DNA from: Azolla caroliniana
Taxonomy: Eukaryota > Plantae > Polypodiophyta
NCBI GenBank assembly: GCA_043228905.1
Contig: JBHGNT010000010.1
Location: forward strand, 2,294,001 to 2,358,000
Length of the DNA: 64,000 nt
Reading direction: 5' to 3'
The notes beneath the pieces are model-generated. The model was given only the letters and a program-made list of their open reading frames with translations, was not told where the DNA came from and searched no databases. A program made the translations under genes and the position numbers. Numbering within the stretch: the stretch's first letter is position 1; every line of letters starts with the position of its first letter. Of the stretch, positions 38,242-53,200 are shown piece by piece.

Positions 38242-41200
38242 ATGTCGTCCGGATTGAAGAGAAGAGCTCATCCAGATCTCAACTGCACGGCGCCGACCAC
38301 CGAAGATGAAGATGATCAGTTAACAGAGCTGGATCAGCGGAAGAGCAATGATCATATAAGCAAAATTAATGGTACTGCAGATATGAATGAAGCGGAGCAG
38401 GAGGAGGAGGAGGAAGAAGAAGAAGAAGAAGAAGAAGAAGGAGAAGAAGGAGAAGAAGTGTTAATGGATGATGATGATGAAGAAGAAGAAGAAGAAGACG
38501 AAGATGATGACGATTACGATGATGAAGAGGAGGATGAAGCAGATGACGAAGAAGAAGAAGAACAGGCGGACTTGACCACAAATGCTGAGCGTAATAACAG
38601 CAATGTCGCGAGCCCTGCAGACACAGACAGTAACAGGACGCCGGTGGCTGTGGTACCAGGCGATGCAGTCAAGTCTCCAAAGAAGTTCAAGAAGGCGAAG
38701 GATCATGGCTCGTCGGCTGGAGGGAGATCACGTGGCTTGGTGCCGTCAGCAGCCAAGTCACGTGACTTGATGATGCTGCCGGCGGATGGGGGGAGGTCAC
38801 GTGACTGTATGCCGTCAGTCACCACGACCGCCACGACCGCCGCCTCGGACGTCACGGACCAGTCACGTGAGAACTTGAATGGCCCTCTGGGGAACAGTGG
38901 CTACACCAAGACTGCCAATGCTGGGGCCGGGACTGGGGCCGGGGCCGGGGGCATGGTCCCATTGGCCAATGACTTCCCCGTGTTGCCCGCCACGGGTGCA
39001 AATCACGTGACCTACAGCAGTGCCACCAGCAGGGGCCATGGACACGGCCAGGTGGCGGGCCGCGGAAAGGTGCAGATCCGTCGCATCGAGAACACGACCA
39101 GCCGGCAGGTTACATTCTCCAAGCGCCGCAACGGGCTCCTTAAGAAGGCTTATGAGCTGTCCGTGCTCTGCGATGCCCAGCTCGCCCTTGTCATCTTCTC
39201 TGCCACCGGAAAGCTCTTCGAATTCGCCAACCCCGAGTAAGTCATCCTCCCTTGTTCTCCTAAAGGCTAAGATTTTGTCCGAAAGCTCTTATTTCCCCCC
39301 TGGATCACACCCCAAACCCTAAACATCTTTGTGCGGAGGGATCAGCGTATACCTCTGTGCAAGGTGTGTTGCAGGCCCGGGTTACGTGTGGATCCTTTGG
39401 CCATAAAAGCTCATAATCTTAAACATTGTAATGAAACTGGGCTCTCTCATACATGGAAGAAGATTTCCATGGGACAAGAAATGTTATTCACTGCCCTATG
39501 CCATCGTCCCTGCAACCGAGATAGATAAGCTCTATCTTGCCATTGCACAAGTCCATATTGTCAAACAGTACGTTTCATTGGGCGCATGACACATTTGAAA
39601 ATTGTAGTGATTACGATATTAAGCTCCCTCAACACATTATGAATTAAGCTCCTTTCAGTTGGCATAGGTATTAAGCTCATGGTTGGAGGTTTGATAGAAT
39701 TAGGTAATCATGGCACATTTTCTTTCCTTTTGTTGCATGATGATGGTCATTGCTTGTATTTCATGCATTGGCCATATGATCAAACGTTTTCGCAACTAGC
39801 ACTATGTTTTAAATCTTTAGATTTGTGATAGGGACTGGTAGAATAGCATTTGAAAAGCTCATAAGCTCCTACGATTAACCCCGATATTCTACTGGGCTAT
39901 AAGCCACTGTTATAGTTTTTTGGTATCCATTTCATCAAACTGGTTCAGTGGGAGTCAATTGCATAGAAAGTCATCATATCACATGCATTTTCGCAACCCT
40001 AGTGTGATATGCGTATCTCTTGGGCTGTTTGCTGTTTACTTTTTTATAACGATCATACTTACTATGGATCATATATGAAAAAGAAGAAGCCAAAAGGAAG
40101 TTTCCCCCCTCAAGTTTCAATGATGATCATGATCATTATAGGCAATAGAGGCATCACAATCGATATGAATCTAGCCTATATTGGACATATATGATTGATA
40201 TGATCCTTGCAAGCCACACTAATAATATGACTGTCATCATCCAAGGATATGCACACCTAACGATGATGAAATAATGCTAAGACTATGCCATTCTTTACAT
40301 ATAAGCACAACAAATGTGGTGATGCACCAGACTATCGGACTGACTTATATATGGGGAAAATAGGAGTAAAGTCTCTAGTTGCAGGAGAAAATAGCAATAT
40401 TCAAATATAATTTTGAGAAATAGACTCATATACAATGATAGGGAATATATATGTAATCTATAAGGGAATTGGACTACAAAACAAGGCCTAGTGCTATTTA
40501 CCTATGATTTCTAGTTTAAGTTTCTTAACTTTTGAGCGGTTTTGAGTTCCCGAATCTCGAACAGGTTTATTGCTGCCTCTTTTCTTCTTGCAGTCGTCGG
40601 TTGCCTTTGGGCACGGTTAATCATTCATTGTTTCCAGAGTTGTGTCCTCGTCCTTCTTGACTGTTGTTTCTAGGTCCCACTGATGCTACAATCCATGCTT
40701 TAACTTGGCGTTTTGAGAAGTTCTGAGTTAGGTGTTGGTATTTGTCAAAAATAAGACATCAGGAGATTGTTAATTTGGGCCATAATGGCTAGATGTTCCT
40801 GAAATCAAGAAACAAAAGAGGTTTACCTTTGTTTCGAATTGTGCTCGCAAAAACTTGCAACCCATATGTATATATCCACACACAACACTCATGCAACATA
40901 TGTTTTAGGCGCCTTCCAATGGTAACATGATCAACATGACAATATTGTGGGGTTTTGGCATGAGGCGCTGTGGCCACCCCTTTTGATTCTAGAATCCCAA
41001 AGTAGGTCCTTAATTGTTGTACTTAACTGTCATACTTAGCTTTTGTTAATTGTTTGGAGTGAATATCACATTCATATATACACTGGGATTTTATCATTTC
41101 TCTTGCATGATTGATTTTATCTCCTTGGTGTTGATTTTTTTCAAGCATTTATGAACTTTCATTTCTGATCAAGCAAGAAAACAAGCTACACAATGTATAT

Positions 41201-44200
41201 TGTTTTTGTGTGAATGATGAGGCACCGATTTGACCTCTTTAGATACACTTATTCTATACCAATTAGCACATGGTGTGTAGCTTGTGATATTGTAGATATC
41301 AAGACTAAACTTTTACTTTATTACTTATCCAAGTTAAAGTATGATAAGCGCAATAACTACTATGAGGAGCTTACATATATGTGATAGAAAGTTGAATAGA
41401 TTTATGATGCTTTTGAAGTGAGCATCAATACATGTACGATTAGTATCGATACACACTATTCTCACACTTATCGGCTTCAGATTTCTTATCATGTCCATGG
41501 GGTCCTCCAAATTCTCCAAAAGATCTCCCTTAAACTCTCTTTCGTTGATTTCTTCATATACAAATTATAAAATGCAAGCGATGTGTTAGTATTTTGACAA
41601 TATCTGACCACCAATAGATCAAAGATGCTTCTTATATTGGAATATGATTGGGAGTTGTGACAGATGTAATAATGCACATTGGTAGGAAAGGCCAATTAAT
41701 TGAACCAAACGTAAAACTTACAGCCCTTAATGTAAAAAGATGCAAACTATGGTTTAGAAAGGTGCGTCTTCAGACATTGCATATGTTATCACACTGAGAG
41801 AAAAACTTTATGCCAGAATTTTGTCACCATTTTTGATGTCTTATTTCTTCATGTTCCCTTCTTCTTTCAGAGGTTTTTGTATATGAATCCATGTTTTCTT
41901 TATTGTAGTTTCTACATTCTACAGAAAAACTACTTAACCTTTCAAGCTTGCATGTAGCACCATTGTGCATGGGTGGTCACACAGAGCATGTTCGAAGATA
42001 TGGAAAGATTTTTTGGTGCTTTCACGCACACATCCATACATAAATGAAGAATAGGAGACTCGGACATATAATTCATCATTGTGTAGAAAACACACGTTTT
42101 GTAGACTTCAAGAGCACAAACAAGAGTTCCACTTTGGTGGAGCATGGCTTCTCAAAGATTTGGATACATCCACCTGTACATGCTGCCCAACAATACATCA
42201 AATGGTAATATCGATGACATGCGTGGACTGGCACGCATGTCTATTTTGGGGTCCTAAGCAATCTTCATGTCATCCTAATATCACAAGATATGTTTGCAAG
42301 AAGGGGAACCACTGAGGTTTTGAGCTGAGGGCCCGTGAGAGGTGCAATAAGAATCTGGCACGTGTAGACAACAAATACCCACAGAAAAAGATATATGGAT
42401 TTAATAAAACAAAGATATTAAGAATAATAGAATCATGAACAAGAAGATTTTAATCCTAAGATTAAGAGGCTACAATGGAACTTGTAGAACTCATAACCAA
42501 TAGTTTACAAAGAGTTAGAGAGGATGTATTCTTTTAAGGTGGTGAGTAAATCTCTAAGGTTGCATGATAATTCATGCGTGGTTTATCGAACGGTGGTCTT
42601 CATGGTACTTGATTCCCAAGAAGGCATCACAGGTCATTGAATGCAAACTCAGTGTTTTGTTCCATTTCTTATTTCATCTCAGTTTGATCTTCTTATTCCA
42701 GCTTCTTGTGCAAGTACTGCCATGTTGAACTCTGCTACCAAACTCAACCATAACATGGAGATCCTTTGGCAATTTCAACTGAAGAGTAGCGTTGTCCAAG
42801 TGTCCCTTAGTAAGGTCTGAATAAATACACCAATGACATCAACTTCCAGCATCAAAGAACCCTAGAACCTAATATCTGCAACTTCGACACATTTGACAGC
42901 AATTAGGCCCACCTATTGGGATTCCTCAATCAGATCCGGCTGGTTATCCATCTACAACTTCGATGATACCCCTACGACTTCAGGTGAATCATGCCCATTG
43001 GCTCCCTGCTGGCCAGTTCAACACAAGCATGGTGCATGCCAGTCATAGGAAAATCGTTGCCCCATTTGGAAGCTTTGTAACCCATTCTCACTAAGTTTGA
43101 AGAGACATTTGGGGGTCCAACGAACACTGATCCTGAGTGGTGTTGATGTATTCATCAAAGTTCCACAACTGTTCTGTGACGTTAATTGGAATGACCAGAT
43201 TGTCTGGATCACATAAAAAATGGCATCACTCAGCATAGCTGAGCTAGTTGCCTTTGGTGAGGCAATTACTCAAATGCTATGATATGACAACGGGCTATAC
43301 AAATTTCACCAAGAAAATGCGCAGCACATCTGCGGCAACCACTGGTAATGTTAATGTTGCCTCTAACGCTCACAATGACCTGATGGAGATTGATAAGGTT
43401 TGGTTCCAACTGCTCACGTATACACAACGAATTCTATCACCGTTACCAGACAAGCCTGCCTATAGTTCATTGTGAATACAAGCTTCTTTATCTTTTCCCT
43501 ATAGTTGATTGTGCCAAGATCATCACAGGTCATTGAATACAAGCTTCTTTATCTTGTTTCGTGATAGGTATACCATGATTAAGGGAGAGAATTGTAGAGA
43601 TAGATTAAAGATAACTCGATAATCCTTAATTGGAGCATGTGCTCTTTAATCCCGTGGGGTATCTAATCCTTTAAGCCCTTTGTGATTTCTCATTAATCCC
43701 CTAGGACTGGGCCATTGATAGTTATTTCTCAACTTGGGAAGAGACCTCAATTTCATACCACCCTTTTCTAAAGCTACGCTCATTTTTACTTCTTCTCCTC
43801 AATAAATGAAGCTTTTTCTCCCCTTTTAGGCATTCTACTACCTAGTCATCGCCCATATGGTCTGATTCCTATGTTTTGCCAATTTGGTTGATTCCAAGTC
43901 TCAAAAGGTCTTTTATAAGACCTTGATGTTGCAATGCTTCCTTCTCCTTCAGCAAATCTTGTAAATGACCACTTCTAGCCCATATAGGATCGAACCTACA
44001 ACCTCATGTTAATGCCTAGGATACAATGTAGGAGACTCATAGAGTAAGAAATCTGAACAGAGTTGAAGAAAGCATATGACAATACCCACAATTAAAACCA
44101 ATCTTGTCTAAAGAACATGGATTGCTATAAGTGTCACCAAATGGGCCATGTTCAGGAGCATTATTGTACTACCTATAAGGAGGCAAAGAAACTTAGTGAT

Positions 44201-47200
44201 ATGCATGCAAAAGTGTTGCTAACACCTTCCTGGGTGAAGATCAAGGAGATCAATGTCCTGTCAACAATGACTGGCTACACAAATCAATTCGATGTCCTCA
44301 ACTCAATGGCCAGGGATATCTCCATGGTGGATGAGATAATACACATGTGGGAGCTTGATTAGGGCGAGTGATTCCATGTGGCTCTACACAAGGAGTGTTC
44401 ACATCTAATGAAGCTCATTGTTTGAGATGGATGGGTGATTCTAAAAAATGCACGATGGTTGGCATTAGATCTGTCACCTTACAGTTGGAGGATGGGTAGC
44501 AGCTGTTGGAAGAAGTTGGAGCTTCATATTGGTAGGCTAGAGGTTGGAGGTTCACCTTACAGGAAATATTATAGGTGCTAGAGGCAATATATCCTCTTCT
44601 TGTTAGTTGCTCTCTGTTTCTCAGAAGGAATACTTGTTAGATAAGTTAATCGGGCAATTACAATGATATGACACGGCAGCTGGTTCCACCATATGTCTAA
44701 AACTAGAATGAATGTGACATTTAATTTTGATTATTTGTCTCCCTCTCTTTTTCCCACTTTTTATCCTATGAACATTGAATATATTGAAGGAATGTATAGT
44801 TTTCCACAATATGCATATAGAATCGACCACCAGCTTCCTTGACCTAGTACATTGAAATTCATGTGAACCGATGCCAACCTGCTTGCAAGGTGGAGCACTA
44901 TATTTTATTACCTTACATGGTGAGGCTACGAGGAAGTATGAGGATATCCCTTGAAGAAGGATACATTAATGTCTTTTAAAGAAGCCAAAGTGACCACACA
45001 AGAGATTAAATTTTAAAATTTTGCCTGTCTTTGAGATTAGCAAAGCAGAATAAATGTAATTAAATTAAAAATACAAGTATCTCAAGAATCCCATTATCTA
45101 CACATGTAAGATTCTCAAGTGGGAAGAGAAAGGATAAAGTGTTAGCTTTGAAGGTGTGAAGGTGTGGCTTGCAACTATTGAGACGGAGAGTGAATTGAAG
45201 TTGAAATATTCAGATGATAGAGGGAAATGCACTTCCTGTAAATTTTAGACTTGCTATAAAGCTCGATGCATCCAGCAAGAGCATATTGCCCTGTCTAGTT
45301 TTAGTTCAAAACGTGTGTTGGAGAGAATGAATCAAACTCTCTAGGAGTGGATAGTCTTGATGGTTCAAGATGCCAAGTCGAACCACTAGTTTGAGGCAGA
45401 AATGACATTGAATGCTGTCCTCGTTGACAACCTCTTTCCAAGTAAACCAAAGGGTTTGAAGGATCAGAGAGCTTTGGAGTGAACAGTTGCTGTTCTAGAG
45501 GCACATTCATTCCGACATTTACCTACGATGCATATGATTATGTACCTAAGGAGTTGTTTCAGAATTTGAATCCAAAATATGAGGAAACACATTTTACTCT
45601 AGAGCAGTTCAATGCCAATTATCGCTTTCAATTGTGGGATCTGGGATCATGATTCTGGCTCACAGCAGTGGCATGATCTTTTGTGAGGAGAAGATGCATC
45701 ATCATTTGGTCAAAGAGTAGAATTATGAAGGGACGTTTTATTAGACCCATCATTGGATATGTACCTGTTGAGGAGATCTAAGTTTGTCAAGGATATGACG
45801 TTTTATTTTAGATGAAAATAGGTGGAATATTGTGGACCTGGAGAGAATGATGGACAAGCAACTACCCATCATTCAACCGGCCATACTAAGGTCAAACCAC
45901 AAACCAAGCCTGTTGTCAAACGGGTAGGAATGGACAACAGTTTGGTAGTCTCAAACTCAAACCATTTAAAAGTTTTTGAAACATAAATCAAAGCAAACTA
46001 AACCTAAAAAACATTGAAACCCAACTCTTCAAGAGAAACTCAAACCCTAATAATTTAAAACCAAACCATATAAACCATACATTCTTCCAAGCTTGATAAA
46101 TTGTAAACAGTTAAACCAATATAATTTCAAAACAAACCAATCCAAAAACCGTTTTCCAAAATTTAGAACTTAAACCAAATGAAAGAAAACCATTTAGGCC
46201 ATTAAGTTGTTAAATCATAGTTTCATCATTTGGTTTTGGCTCAAACCGAGCTATTTTTGTCAATTGCTACCAACAAATTTGTTTCAAGTGAGGATCACAC
46301 AATGTGGATAGACATAGGAGAGCCATCTTGTTAGAAAGATGCTATGTAGGCCAAAGATAGAACTAAATTGGCACTCAACATGAAGAGTGAGATGGAGTTG
46401 TTAAGTATTTGGCACTCAGCACACCGGTTGTGGAGATTGTGGTGCCAACAAGAAACCTCGAGCTCAACCAACATTAGAAAAAAAGGGGATACAAACCAAA
46501 GAGGAAACAATGTAAGCCAATGGACAATCTAGCGTGAAAGGGACACTTGCCTTGTAAAAAGGCTATAAAAGCCACCATTCGGTGACTTTTGAGCCTCTTC
46601 TTCATTTTTGAGAGTTTTGTTCCCATTATACGGTAAGCCCTTCTCTATGTCCTTAACCTTTATTAGAGCTAAAGAAGATTAGAGTTAAAGACTACTAGAG
46701 ACAAACCCTAATCTTCTTCAGATTGTATGGTGCTAAACCTCTTTGTATCATGAAGAATGGTGATTAATACAATACTTTCTTTGTGTTTACCTTGTCTATC
46801 ATTGTGTGAGAGAGAGTAAAACGAGAAAGAAAGATAATGTCTTTTACGAGGCCAAAATGGCCTATAAGACCAAACAAGAGATTACATCTTCGGTGTTGTC
46901 TCGTGTTTCAGAACAACAGATCAAAATAAAGTAAATATTACTTAGTAAATATAAAAGTAAATAAGATAAAAAAAGATGAGGGAATCTGGTTTTTGGCATA
47001 TGTGAGATTCTCAAGTTAGATAAATTGTAACTTTTGTCTTCGAAAGATCTCTAGATAGGTCTATCCAGATTGGAGAGGTCTCCGAAGCGAGGGAAGCTCC
47101 TACGATGGCGGGAGAGAATGGCCTTTATCTGTCGATGACAAGGGTGCTGAGGATGGGGCTAGGGCCTACGTACACGACAAATTGTTATTGCCCGATCTAT

Positions 47201-50200
47201 TGTAACCCCTTTGTTATGTCCTGGTTGGGAGGCCATTTGTATTTCTTGATTGATTTGTAGCATTAGTAGGAGTGGTGGGGCTAAAGAAAGTTGTGATTGT
47301 TCTTTGTGGATGAGCTTGTGTGGCTGTATTATTATCCTTCAACAACTTTTCCCTATGTCTCTTGACTTCTAGCAAGAAAAGTCTGAGGCATCGTTGGTCC
47401 TCATATTACATTACCTTGCGTAGCAGGCCAAAGCCTTGTTTAAAGAGGCAATGGTATCTCTCTCTGATTTCATAAATGACACTACAGTGACAAAGTGTTC
47501 TTTGGATTCCACTCCTTGATGATGCAATTGACAAATTCTTTCTTCTAGAGGTATTCGTGTATATTTGCCTACCTCAATTTGTAACTAATGTGATGAAGTT
47601 CACAACAGCCCTATCACACTTCGTTGCGCATAGAATAGACGTATCTCCATATAAGGTGGCTTGATGATGAATCCTTTCATGTGTAAGAAGTGTGTCTTAT
47701 AGTGGGCTAGCTTTGTACCAAGTGATATTTTGGGGTTGATCCATGTTATCTTGTTTTCTAAGTTAATAATATCAGTTCGGAGCACTCTATTCTTTTCCAC
47801 TTTGGTCATATTTAGATGGGGATAGTCCAAGCTATATTGGAGCGGGGGTAGTGTATCTATACTCATGCCATGTGACTCTCGAGAGCACCAAGGGCTGCAT
47901 ATCCACGAGAAAGTTGGGCACAAGCGGCCTCTGTAAGGAGAACCTAGGCCCTATAAATGTTACTCCTAGGTATGTGTAGGAGCGTGTGTATTCCACCTTT
48001 TCCTCTCCCAAGAAGAATTCCGGTTTTGATCTTGTTACCCTTGCTTGAGTGGCGTTAAACACCATCACTTTAGTTTGTCCATGTTGATTGACAACCTTGT
48101 CCGTACAAAATAGTTTAAAGGCATTTAGATGTCTTTGTAGTCCCTCTGGAGAGTCAGAAATCAGCACATAGTAATATTTGTATAGCTATACTTGCTAGAC
48201 GTGCTCCCGAACCCCCGAATCTCTCTATGTAATGTGATACCTCATCCATATAGAGACTGAAGAGAGTGGGTGATAGTGGGCATCCTTGCTTCACTCCGAT
48301 TGTGCTAGCCACCACCTCTGACAAACCCTTGTAAGACCGCACTTTTCTTGAAATGGATTCATAGAGTGCATTGATTCCCCATCGCATATCTCTAGGAACA
48401 CCAAGGGCTTCTAACCGTTGCATAAGCCGAGCACATGGCACAACATCAAAGGATTTCCGGAAATCCACAAAGCAACAATAAATCCTCTTATTATGGACTC
48501 TGCCCTCCTCAATAAGGGCCGAAAGGGTCAATATGTGATCCAAAGTAGTGGACCCCTTCCGAAAGCTTGCCTGTCCAATTGAACGGTAGCAATTCCGCTT
48601 TGCCCATATACTCATTTCTGATTCTAAAATCGAGCCATATAGTTTAGCCAATTAATGGCCAATCATGATTGTCCTATAGTTGCTTGGTATCATGGGGTCT
48701 CCACTCTTTGAGGAATTGCACAATGGTATGTTAAGTCGATCTAGTAGGGAAACCTTCACACGTGGCTCTATTAAAGATGTGTGCTAGCAATGGGAGCAAG
48801 GTGTCATGGGCATAGATAAAGTGCTCACCCACCAATCTATCATGATCTTGGGCCTTCCCAAATTGTAGCTGATCGATGACATTTCTTACATTTTGTGGAG
48901 TAAAAAAGGTTGATTCATGTGGGCGTGAGCCATGTGGGTGTGGAAGAGGAGGTTGCCCCGGGATATCATATAGGACCTTTGCATATTCATGCCACACCTG
49001 AGGTGAGGTTAGTTGTGTGGTAGGTTGCCTCTCATTGAACATTTTCCATGCTCTTTTACTTTCTTGTCCTAGAAACAAGTGATACAAATGATCTTCAAAT
49101 TTAGTCAAATACAATCTCTTCTTCTTCCTTGTGAGGCGTTGGAAGGTTGCTCTCGCTTGTTTGTGTATAAATGCCCCGAGTTACTTCACGTTGCAAGCAT
49201 CTCCTTGTATCATGAGAGAGAGATGAAGTGTTAATCCTAAGTTAAGTTAGTTAGTAACTCGTGGGTACTTTGACAACTACTCACGCCTGGTTCGCCCACC
49301 AAATAGGAATATGATGGTCTGGACTTAAGGCCAATGACATCAACGAGAGGGTAAAAACTCTATCGATCTATAGATACGTTTTGTGAGACACACGAAAGCG
49401 ACACATGAGTCAATTCTTGAGGATAAATCTTTGGAATTGGTACACTTCGCAAAATTAAAGTGGGTATTACCATGTAAATATAACCTATGCTCGAATCCCT
49501 TGAAAGTAAGTCACTCTTTATACTTTGGAGTGGGCTATTGGAAGTAAATTCTAAGTTTAATACTGAATATAAAATGAATGTTATCCAAGTTGAAGCTTGC
49601 TTTTGAGAGGCCCAATCAAAGATATAAAATGCAACTTTTTTCAAGGGATTCAAGCAGTAATGGAGAGTAAAGTTAGATGAAAAGTTCTCTAATCTTGAAG
49701 ATGGTGCCTCTACAACTATAAAGATGATTTAAAATTAGATCAAGGGGGTGTGGTGGAAGCCACCTTTCTACATGGTGCTATAAAAATGCTCATATGTGTG
49801 AAAGTGTAGCAAAACCACACATGTTCTGAATTAGGAGAGACATCTAGTGTTTGATAATTTGGCTTCATTCCTAGTCTTCTTAACTCTAGGTTTCTGTTGT
49901 GTACGCATAATGTAGGTGAGGGTAGATCACCAATATTTACAAAACATTAGTGGAGGTATATTCACTAATGTTAGAAAGGGACTAATGTGATTTGATAAAG
50001 GGAATCATAGGTGCATGTATTGCCATGATCTTGACAACCAATCAATGGGAATATTTTAGAAGAGCACATTCATTAAAGGGACCCAGGAAGAAGTATAAAT
50101 ATGAAGCCTAGCTACCTTCATAAAACACATTATGTGGAAAGGCTGAAGTCTTGAGACACCAATAGTGCGGACCATAGATTGACACATGAGTGATATTCGC

Positions 50201-53200
50201 AATATTCGAGAATATGAAATGGCCCCAAGAATATTATAAAACCATTCATTTTGTAAAATAAAATAAATAAATAAATTAAAATTTTTTATTTAAATAAATT
50301 TATTTCACCAAAAAAGAACAATCATTATGGAGAGTTTATGAACCTTTATTTTAATTAATTAATTAATTTTAAAAAAACGAATAATTTTATATTTATTATA
50401 AAAATATGATTAGTGTGAACTTTGAAGTCCCATTTTTGTGTCAAGATAAAATTATCCATAAATTTTGAGGTAATAAAAAGTGAAAAATTAATGAACCTTT
50501 ATTTTATTTTATTTTATTATTAAAAATAAAACGTATACTTATACATTTATTATAAAAATTTGTTAGTGTCAAGTCCCTCTTTTATTGTCCCTATTTATTG
50601 TCAAGTCCCTTTTTTTGTATCCTAGGAAATTAAAAAGGAGGGAGGTCATGTACTCTCTCTTTGTTTTTTTGGGTTAAATGAATACTTGACCATGCATTCG
50701 TATTCGTATTTGTTTGCATTCGAATGGGAAACCCCACGAATACGAATATATCAATATATGGTGCGAACTATGTGTTCGTTGTGATTATTGTGTTATCTCT
50801 TCCAAGGTACTATACATTCTAATATCCACTAGTATGGGACGTCAGTGGTATGTTGGCTATGTAGCTCAAGGAGCTCTGGAGGATCAAGTAACTTCTTCTA
50901 TTTAATCTATTCACTTTTCTTTTACTTTTATTTGGTCTATTGATTATTAAGAGATTCGTAACAATTTTCTTCATTTCTAGCTCTCTTCACAACTAGGTTC
51001 ATATGCATCCATGCTTATGTGTGCTTTCATCGGAACCTGTCTATGAATAGATGAAGTATGCCTTTCATCGATATTGTTGGCCTAGGATTCAGACTGGTGT
51101 ATACCCCTTTGATGGCAAGCCAAGTGAAGGTGATTACATCAAACTTAATCTTGCCATATATCCCTTTCAAGCTACTAGTTTTCTTAGCTTAACGGTTAGT
51201 ACTTAATCTTTCCCTCTCTCTTTCACTTTACTCTCTCTTACACTTACCTATAGATGTAAAGACAAGAAACCATAAGAAAGAATGCATCACTTCTTATTAC
51301 AAAGAGGTTTAGCACCATACAAGAATAGATTAGGGTTTGGCTTACTTAGCTTTTAATTCTAATCTCTCTTAGCACTAATGGAACATTACAAGGATAGAGC
51401 AGCAGCTCTAATGCACTAATGAGAAGGAGAAAACCTAAGATTAGGGAAGAGCTACAAAAGTCATCACTTATAACTTTTTACAAGGTAGGTGGGTTCCATT
51501 TACACTAAGTTGCCCTTTGGCTTACATTAACTCTTTAATTGGTTTGTTCTATTTCCATTTTCAAACGGTTAGTTGAGTTCGGTGTCCTTGTTGGTGCTCA
51601 ATCTCTACACCTCGTGTCTCAGGTGCCAGATACTTAACATCATGCCTCCACATTAGGCTCTTGTGTAACTCTATCCTCTCTTCACTAACAAACTATCGCT
51701 TCAATGTTAGCCTCTTTTCATTTACATCTCTCTTCACAACTAACATCTCTTCAGTGCTAGCTTTATTTACTCTTTAGATTCTTCTTTTACCACAACCTCT
51801 CTTCACTTGTAGATTCTTGTTTCACCCTTAGCTTTGTTTATTGCTAACTCTCTTCTCTTCTAGACTCTCATTTTACTGTTAGCCTCTCTTCGTTAGTAGC
51901 TATGTTCATTGTTAGACAATTCCTATACCAGTAGCACATGTTAAACATAAGATTAATCACAACACAAGTTGAATTAATCAAGTATGTAATTAGAATTAGT
52001 GAGCTTTCTCTCTTTCTCATTTTCTTAACCCTTAAAAATCACATCACCAAGAAATGAGCCCAATCCTTCTTCTAGCTCAAGAATTACTATTTTTGGGGAT
52101 TGGTATTCCTTTTGTTTATAACTCAAGATGTATTATTTTTGGGTTGGAAGTGTACGAACAAAATAAATTATTACATACGTCGATCTCTACTTAACACAAG
52201 GTTTGAACCTACATCCTTTACTTTAAGAGTCATACATTTAATCCAATTGAACTATTGTTGAATCATATGTTATCTAAATTATATCACTTTAACTACTTTC
52301 TTTGCCTATGTATTGTCTTTGGTTCTTATAATGCAGCAATATGGAGATGGCATCAAACTCACACCTTTGGCACCTTTTTATTGTCATCTTAGAAATTCCT
52401 AGACCTTCACCTGATATAACATGAGTTGCATTACCAATTGTGATAGATAGATAGATAGATTATATTAGTTTTCGGAGGTCAAATATGACCTATGAGACCA
52501 AAAATATTATATTTCACGTGATATATGTGAAAGTGAGTAACGACTCTCGATGTTCAAGAACTTTACCAATGAATGTTGCAATTGAGATTGCACATTGTGC
52601 TTGTGAAAGAAATTCGTGCAAGGATTAGGCTTGGTCGAAGATGTGTCGAAAGCATGGTCGAATATGATCAAAGGTAGAGCATTGTATCAAAGTGTGATAC
52701 TCAGTCTCTCGAACTTGTTTAGTGCAAAGTGTGCATAGTAAACCACTCTCAATACTTGTGCCCCAATGCATCAAGTCAGGGGATGAATGGAAAACTGCAT
52801 TCCGAACATGGTATGGGTATTTCGAATACAAGGTAATGCCTTTTGGTCTTACTAACGCCCCAATAGTTTTTCAACATATGATGAACGATATATTCTGGGA
52901 ATATCTCAATCATTTTGTTGTCATTTGCCTTGATGATATTCTCATTTTCTCACCAAACATGGAGGAGCACACTCGCCAAGTCCGATTAGTTCTTGCCAAA
53001 CTTTGCGAGCATGGCCTTTATGCCAAAGGCAAGAAATGCGAGTTCCATTGTACCTTGATCGAATTTCTGGGCTACATCATCTCACCCATTGGCATCACCA
53101 TGGATATGAAGGTCTTTGTCATTCGGACATGGGCGACTCCAAGACGACTTAAAGATGTGCAATCCTTCCTCGGCTTCGCGAATTTTTATTGTCGCTTCAT

